A DNA stretch of 64,000 nt from Rebecca billardiae RCC1528. Taxonomy: Eukaryota; Protista; Haptophyta. Each line of letters starts with the position of its first letter. Position 1 is the stretch's first letter. The translations under genes were made by a program, and so were the position numbers. Below the pieces are notes generated by a model. That model was not told where the DNA came from and ran no database searches. It saw only the letters and a program-made list of their open reading frames with translations. The stretch lies in contig OZ251226.1 in assembly GCA_965240325.2 (NCBI GenBank), forward strand, positions 1,736,001 through 1,800,000, read 5' to 3'. Of this stretch, positions 58,891-64,000 are shown piece by piece.

Positions 58891-60759
58891 TCAACCGGCG
58901 GTCTCAGCCGATGATGATGACCGCCCAGTGTCACAGGTCGTGCTGCCGATCGTCATCAGCGCTCCGCGCACCTGTGCATCGCCCGCATCCTGCGGCACGT
59001 GCTCGCCGCGGTTCCTCGACGCGTCGAGCATGGACAGCGTCGCGTGGCACGAGAGCGCGGCGTTGAGCGCGGCCACGCCCGCGGGCGAGAGCCGGTTGCT
59101 CGAGAGATCGAGCGTGGTGAGGGCGGCGTTGCGCTGCACGCCTGCGCTGAGCGCCTCGGCACCGGCATCGGCGATGCGGTTTCCAGACAGGTCGAGCTTG
59201 ACCAGCACGGCGTTGTCGGCGAGAGCCTCGCCGACGGGCCGCGCACCGCCGTCGCCGATGGCGTTGGACGAGAGGTCGAGCACCTTGAGGCAGGTGCCGT
59301 CGCGCAGCGCGTCGGCGAGCGCGCGCGCGCCCGCGTCTCCGATCTGATTGGACGACAGATCGAGTGTGCGCAGCTGCCAGGCGGTGGCCGGGCCGTCGGC
59401 GTCGTCGGCGGGGCGCGCGGCCGCGTCGATCGGGGCGCGCACGCCGCTCGCGAGCCGCATGGCTTGCGCGAGCTGCGTGGCGTGCTCGTCGCCGATCGCG
59501 CAGTCGGCGAGTGTCAGGTGTCGCAGCGGCGCGGCGGCCGCGAGCACGCGCGCGACTCCGGCCACAACCCGTGGCCCGACGCGGCGCACACGGAGCTCGG
59601 CCAGCGTGGAGGGCAGCGCGTCGCCGACGGCCACGCCGTGGCTCTCGCTCGGCGCGGGGCGAGGCGGCTCGGCGAGCGCGGGGTGCAGCGCGCACACGCT
59701 CGGCTCGGCCAGCCGCACCGCCAGCCGCTGCAGCCGGGACGCGCGGAGGGCTCGGAGGCTGTCGCCGAGTGCGGCCGGCGCGGCCGCGGCGTGCGGCTCG
59801 GTGTCGAGAGCGCCGCTGAGCGCGAGCGCGGCGAAGACGGCGCGCACCGTCGCGTCGAACGAGGACGTCGCTCGCTGCCCGTCGCCCCGCTCCGCCGCGA
59901 GCGCGACCAGCCGCGCGCGCTCGTCGCCCGGCGGCGTGCGCGCCGTCGCCATCGCAAATCGGTGCGCACTCGACACGACGGCGCGCGGAAATGCGCGCTC
60001 GCGCTCGAGCTTGCTGCGGGTCGAGCCGGCGTCCGAGAGCGCGAAGCCGTCGACGAGGCCGACCGCCTCGGGCTCGCCCTCGCGCAGCGCGTAGCAATCG
60101 TGCAGGCGCGACGCCGGTGTGTGCACCGCGGATGCCCACAGCTGCAGCGCGCACGCGCCGTCCGCGAGCGTGTGACCGCCTCTGTCCGCAACGCACACCG
60201 TGCCCGCCGTGAGCAGCAGCGCGCGGAAGAAGGTGCACGCGCGGAGGTCGGAGCCGGAGGCGAGGGACTCCGTGGCGTGGTGCTCGCCGGCGTGGAGGCT
60301 GAGCGCGCACGTGCCGATCCAGTACGGGTGGTTCTCGCTCAGGCCGCGGTCGTCCGCGTGCTGCGCAAGGCACTCGACCAGCTCGGCCATGCGCACCTCC
60401 TCGTGCACCACGACGTACCAGGTCGGCGGCTGCGGGCGGGTGGTGACGAGCTCGGTGATCGAGCACTCCAGCGCCGCGGTCGCTGGGCGGCCGAGCATGC
60501 GCACCATGTCCGCCATCGTGACTGCGGTCGGCGTGACGGCCGCCGCGCGCGCGACGACGCTGCGCAGCTGCCGCAGGCTGATACCTCGGAGCTCGGGCCG
60601 ATCGATCGGGCAGGGCTCACGAGCGTTCGGGTTGGCCAGAAGCGGCCCCGCCGAGAGCGACATGGGATCGCGCGCGTCTCTCGGGCTCTGCCGCCCGGTC
60701 CTGCCGGACCGGCCGGGCGAGAAGCGGCCAGCCCGCCCAGCCGAGTGGCTGGCCCCCAT
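58891..60759 (-). CDS. RNI-type leucine-rich-repeat protein with an N-terminal degenerate HET/TIR-like region
   Basis: 28-aa LRRs (LRTLDLSSNQIGDAGARALADAL, four or more). Starts MGASHS, a possible myristoylation site. Confidence 0.85.
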   Translation of the reverse strand: MGASHSAGRAGRFSPGRSGRTGRQSPRDARDPMSLSAGPLLANPNAREPCPIDRPELRGISLRQLRSVVARAAAVTPTAVTMADMVRMLGRPATAALECSITELVTTRPQPPTWYVVVHEEVRMAELVECLAQHADDRGLSENHPYWIGTCALSLHAGEHHATESLASGSDLRACTFFRALLLTAGTVCVADRGGHTLADGACALQLWASAVHTPASRLHDCYALREGEPEAVGLVDGFALSDAGSTRSKLERERAFPRAVVSSAHRFAMATARTPPGDERARLVALAAERGDGQRATSSFDATVRAVFAALALSGALDTEPHAAAAPAALGDSLRALRASRLQRLAVRLAEPSVCALHPALAEPPRPAPSESHGVAVGDALPSTLAELRVRRVGPRVVAGVARVLAAAAPLRHLTLADCAIGDEHATQLAQAMRLASGVRAPIDAAARPADDADGPATAWQLRTLDLSSNQIGDAGARALADALRDGTCLKVLDLSSNAIGDGGARPVGEALADNAVLVKLDLSGNRIADAGAEALSAGVQRNAALTTLDLSSNRLSPAGVAALNAALSCHATLSMLDASRNRGEHVPQDAGDAQVRGALMTIGSTTCDTGRSSSSAETAG

Positions 60760-60867
60760 TGCTTGGCCGTCAAAGCGCGCCCGGCCGTCCGCTCGCAGTC
60801 CGGCCTTGTGCTTCGTCGCCAACCGGGGTTTTCGTGTCGGCGGCCGGGCGGCCTCCCGACCGACGGC

Positions 60868-62465
60868 ATGCCGAAGAAAAAGGCCGCCGCGAAGCCGAAG
60901 GGCGACACCGCCGGCGACGTCGACCCGGAGCGCGAGGCGAACGACGAGGTGATCGCGCTCGCGTCCATCTTCGACGCCGACTTTGAGACGCTCGAGGCCC
61001 GCGAGAACGAGCGGCACCGCTTTGCCATCTGGGTGAAGCCGCGGCCGGGCGAGCCGGACAGCCTCAACCACTGCCGCGTGCGGCTGGAGGTGGGGCTGCC
61101 GACGAGCTACCCGCTGCTCGCGCCGACGGCCAGCCTCGTCGACCAGCGCGGCCTGTCCGACGCCACGTTCCACGAGCTGCGCACCAAGCTGAGCATGCGC
61201 GTGCGCGACCATTGGGGCGAGGTCGTCGTGTTCGAGCTGACCGACCTGCTGCAGGTCTTCCTGGCGGAGCACAACGACAAGGCCGCCGGGGAGACGGACC
61301 TGCACGCCGAGATGCTCCGCCACCAGGCGGCGCGCGAGGCGGACGCCGTCGACGAGAGCGCCGACAGCCAGCAGCGCGCGCGCGTGCAGGCGGCGCTGAT
61401 GCGGATCGATGCGGAGCAGGAGGCCGCGCTGCGCGAACACGAGCTCCGGCTGAAGCAGCAGCGGCACCGGCCGCAGCGGCGGAAGCGGCGCGGGCAGCGG
61501 GGCGCGCGCGACGACGACGACGCCTCGCTCGGCGCCGAGAGCGACCTCGATGCCGACAGCAGCCACCACCACCACACGCCGCCGACGCGCGCGGCCGCGC
61601 GCGGCCGCGCCGAGCGCGCGGCCGCCGCCGACGGAGTGCCGCCCGCCGAGCAGCCGGCGGGGGAGCGCGACGGGGCGGCGGGGCACGGGCTGATCGGGCA
61701 GCTGATCAGCGCGTTCTCGCGCTCCTTCTCGCTCGGCGGCGGCTCGGGCCGCGCGTCGCCGCACAGCGAGCCGGGTGGCAGCGGCCGGCACTCGGGGCGC
61801 GCCGATGCGCGCGGCCGCACGGCCGGCCCGGCGCGCGCGGCGCGCGAGGAGGAGACGTCGGCGACGTCGGAGGAGGAGGAGGAGGGCGAGGGCGAGGGCG
61901 AGGAGGACGACGACGACGACGACGACTCGCGCGGCGCGCTCTCCCGCCCCTTCGCCCCAAACCGCTTCTCTTCGCTCGACCGCGAGATGAGCGGCGCGCG
62001 CGCGCAGCAGCGGCCGTCGTCGCGCTATCTCGATGATTTTGAGGTGAAGGAGCAGTTGGGCTCTGGCGGTTTTGGGCAGGTGTACAAGGTGCGGAACCGG
62101 CTGGACGGGCTGCTGTACGCGATCAAGGTGATCAAGCTGCGCGGCTCCTCCTCCTCCCCGCGCACGCGCAAGATCCTCCGCGAGGTCATGACCCTATCCC
62201 GGCTGCACCACGAGAACGTGGTCCGCTACTTCCAAGCGTGGCTGGAGGACTCGGTGGAGTCGGTGCACGAGCGGCTGCAGGGGCCGCGCGGGAGGGCGGG
62301 CGGAGAGGAGGGCGAGGAGGGGGAGAGCGAGGAGGAGGAGGAGGAGGAGGACGATGATGACGAGGAGGAGGAGGAGGAGGACGACGACGAGGACGACGAG
62401 GACGACGAGGAGGACGACGACGACGATGACGATGACGACGACGACGATGACGACGACGACGACGA

Positions 62466-62500
<35 letters not shown>

Positions 62501-64000
62501 ACGTCTCGGCGCGGCTCGTGCGCGCCAAGCCGCGCGCACCGCCCGCGCGCCGCCCGCCGCAGCCGCGGCGGCAGCGCAGCCGGCGGCGCGCGCTGTACAT
62601 CCAGATGGAGTACTGCCACCAGACCCTTGCCGACAAGATTGGCGCGGCGGGCGAGGGCGGGCTGGATGAGGACGAGGCGTGGCGGTTATTTCGTCAGATC
62701 CTCGTCGGCGTCCACTTCGTGCACGCGAAGGGGATCGCGCACCGCGACCTGAAGCCGGCGAACATCTTCATCGACGCGGCGGGGAACATCAAGCTCGGCG
62801 ACTTCGGGCTGGCTACCAACCTCGGCACCGCGCGCACCAGCCTCGGCGTCGGCGCGGCAGGCTGGGAGGAGGCGCGGGACGCTGCCGTCGCGTCTCTTGA
62901 GCACAGCGCGATCGCGGAGGGACTCACGGCGGAGGGGGACGGCGACCCGACGCAGACGTCGATCGTGGGGACGGCGCTGTACATCGACCCGCACGCGCGG
63001 CGCGGGGGCGACGGCGCCGCCGGCGCGGGCGCCAGCGCCGACGCCGAGCGCGACGGCGGCGCCGGCGGCGCGGCGGCGGGCAGCACGCGCGTCTTATTGA
63101 AAGCGCTTGATATGTACGCGCTCGGGATTGTTCTCTTCGAACTGAACTCGAAGTTCGGCACGATGATGGAGCGGCACGTGACGCTGGTCGCGCTGCGGCA
63201 GACGGGCGAGCCGCCCGCCGACTTCGCCGAGCGCAGGCCGCGCCAGGCCGCCCTCGTCAAGCAGCTGCTGCACCCGTCGGCGCGCGCGCGGCCGAGCGCG
63301 CGCGACGTTTTAGCGAGTGCGCTGCTGCCGCCTGTACCGGAGGACGAGCGCACTCGGGACACGGTCCGGCTGCTGCTCTCGTCGCCGCACTCGCCGTACT
63401 TCGCGCAGCTGCTCGACGGGCTCTTCCACCCGCAGCGCGCCCAGCTGCCCCACGCGGGGCGCGTGCTCGGCGCCTCCGATTCGCTCGTCGGCCTCGGCGG
63501 CGGCTTGGCCGGCGCGCGCACCTCGGCTGCGGGGGTGGCAGGCGTGAGCGCGGCGGGCGGCGCGGCCGCGCTGCGCGAGAGCACGGCGATGCGCTGGCTC
63601 GTCGCGCGGATCGAGCGGATCTTCCAGCTGCACGGCGCGCTGCCGCACGAGCCGCCGCCGCTCGTCGCGCAGCCGGAGGCCGGCGAGAGCGCCGGCTTCG
63701 AATCGGACGGCGGTGCGGACAGCGTGGACGTGGCGTCGCTGCCGCCGACCGCGGCCGAGGGCGGCGCGGCCGCGGCCGGCGGCGGTGGCCGCGGCGGCGC
63801 GCGCGCGCGCGACGGCGCGGCGCGGCGCGAGGACGCGGAGACGGCGGTGCTGATGGAGTCGTCCGGCGCGCTCGTGCAGCTGCTCCACGACTCGCGCCAG
63901 GACCTGCCACGCCTCCTGAGCAGTTGGCCAGACGGGGTCGCACTCCGACGCTACTCTGTCGCGCGCACGTGGCGCTCGCGCCGCCGCCGCCGCTCGGAAG
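60868..64000 (+). CDS. GCN2: eIF2-alpha kinase GCN2, partial (RWD, kinase with acidic insert, start of HisRS-like region)
   Basis: Translated by hand from ATG 60868: RWD (DEVIALASIF...SYP), SRYLDDFE...LGSGGFGQVYKVRNRLDGLLYAIK, LYIQMEYC, HRDLKPANIF, KLGDFGLA, VGTALY, DMYALGIVLFE. No stop seen before the window end. Confidence 0.93.
62290..62497 (+). repeat. (GAG/GAC/GAT)n trinucleotide tract encoding poly-Glu/Asp in the GCN2 kinase insert
   Basis: Directly visible and in frame with the kinase. Confidence 0.9.

Overview
Very GC-rich, gene-dense eukaryotic nuclear DNA with short GC-rich GT-AG introns and (TA)n/(CA)n/(GA)n microsatellites. Composition and gene content suggest a haptophyte-like alga such as Pavlovales (inference only). 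About 15 protein-coding genes are supported: a partial LRR-like gene, a class I aminotransferase, a DUF2431/BMT5-like methyltransferase, Rab GDI, organellar uL6, an EsV-1-7 Cys-rich repeat protein, a PH-F-box-Tubby protein, CMP-KDO synthetase, an ABC1 kinase, a Patched/Dispatched-type transporter, a TPR-CHAT protein, a HECT E3, an RGS-kinase, a GH5 glycosylceramidase-like enzyme, an LRR protein and a partial GCN2. Many sit in compact head-to-head pairs. The gene blocks are separated by nests of non-autonomous mobile elements. Family A: six 1.7-2.0 kb Helentron/Helitron2-like elements with conserved asymmetric ends but swapped internal cargo. Family B: two near-identical 2.63 kb elements ending in CACAGTG. 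Family C: an AT-rich repeat. One P-like foldback element with a 7-bp TSD sits between Rab GDI and uL6. One locus is triply nested (C contains A, which contains B). Non-coding DNA carries many tiny palindromic insertions that resemble excision footprints. No transposase gene was found in the window.
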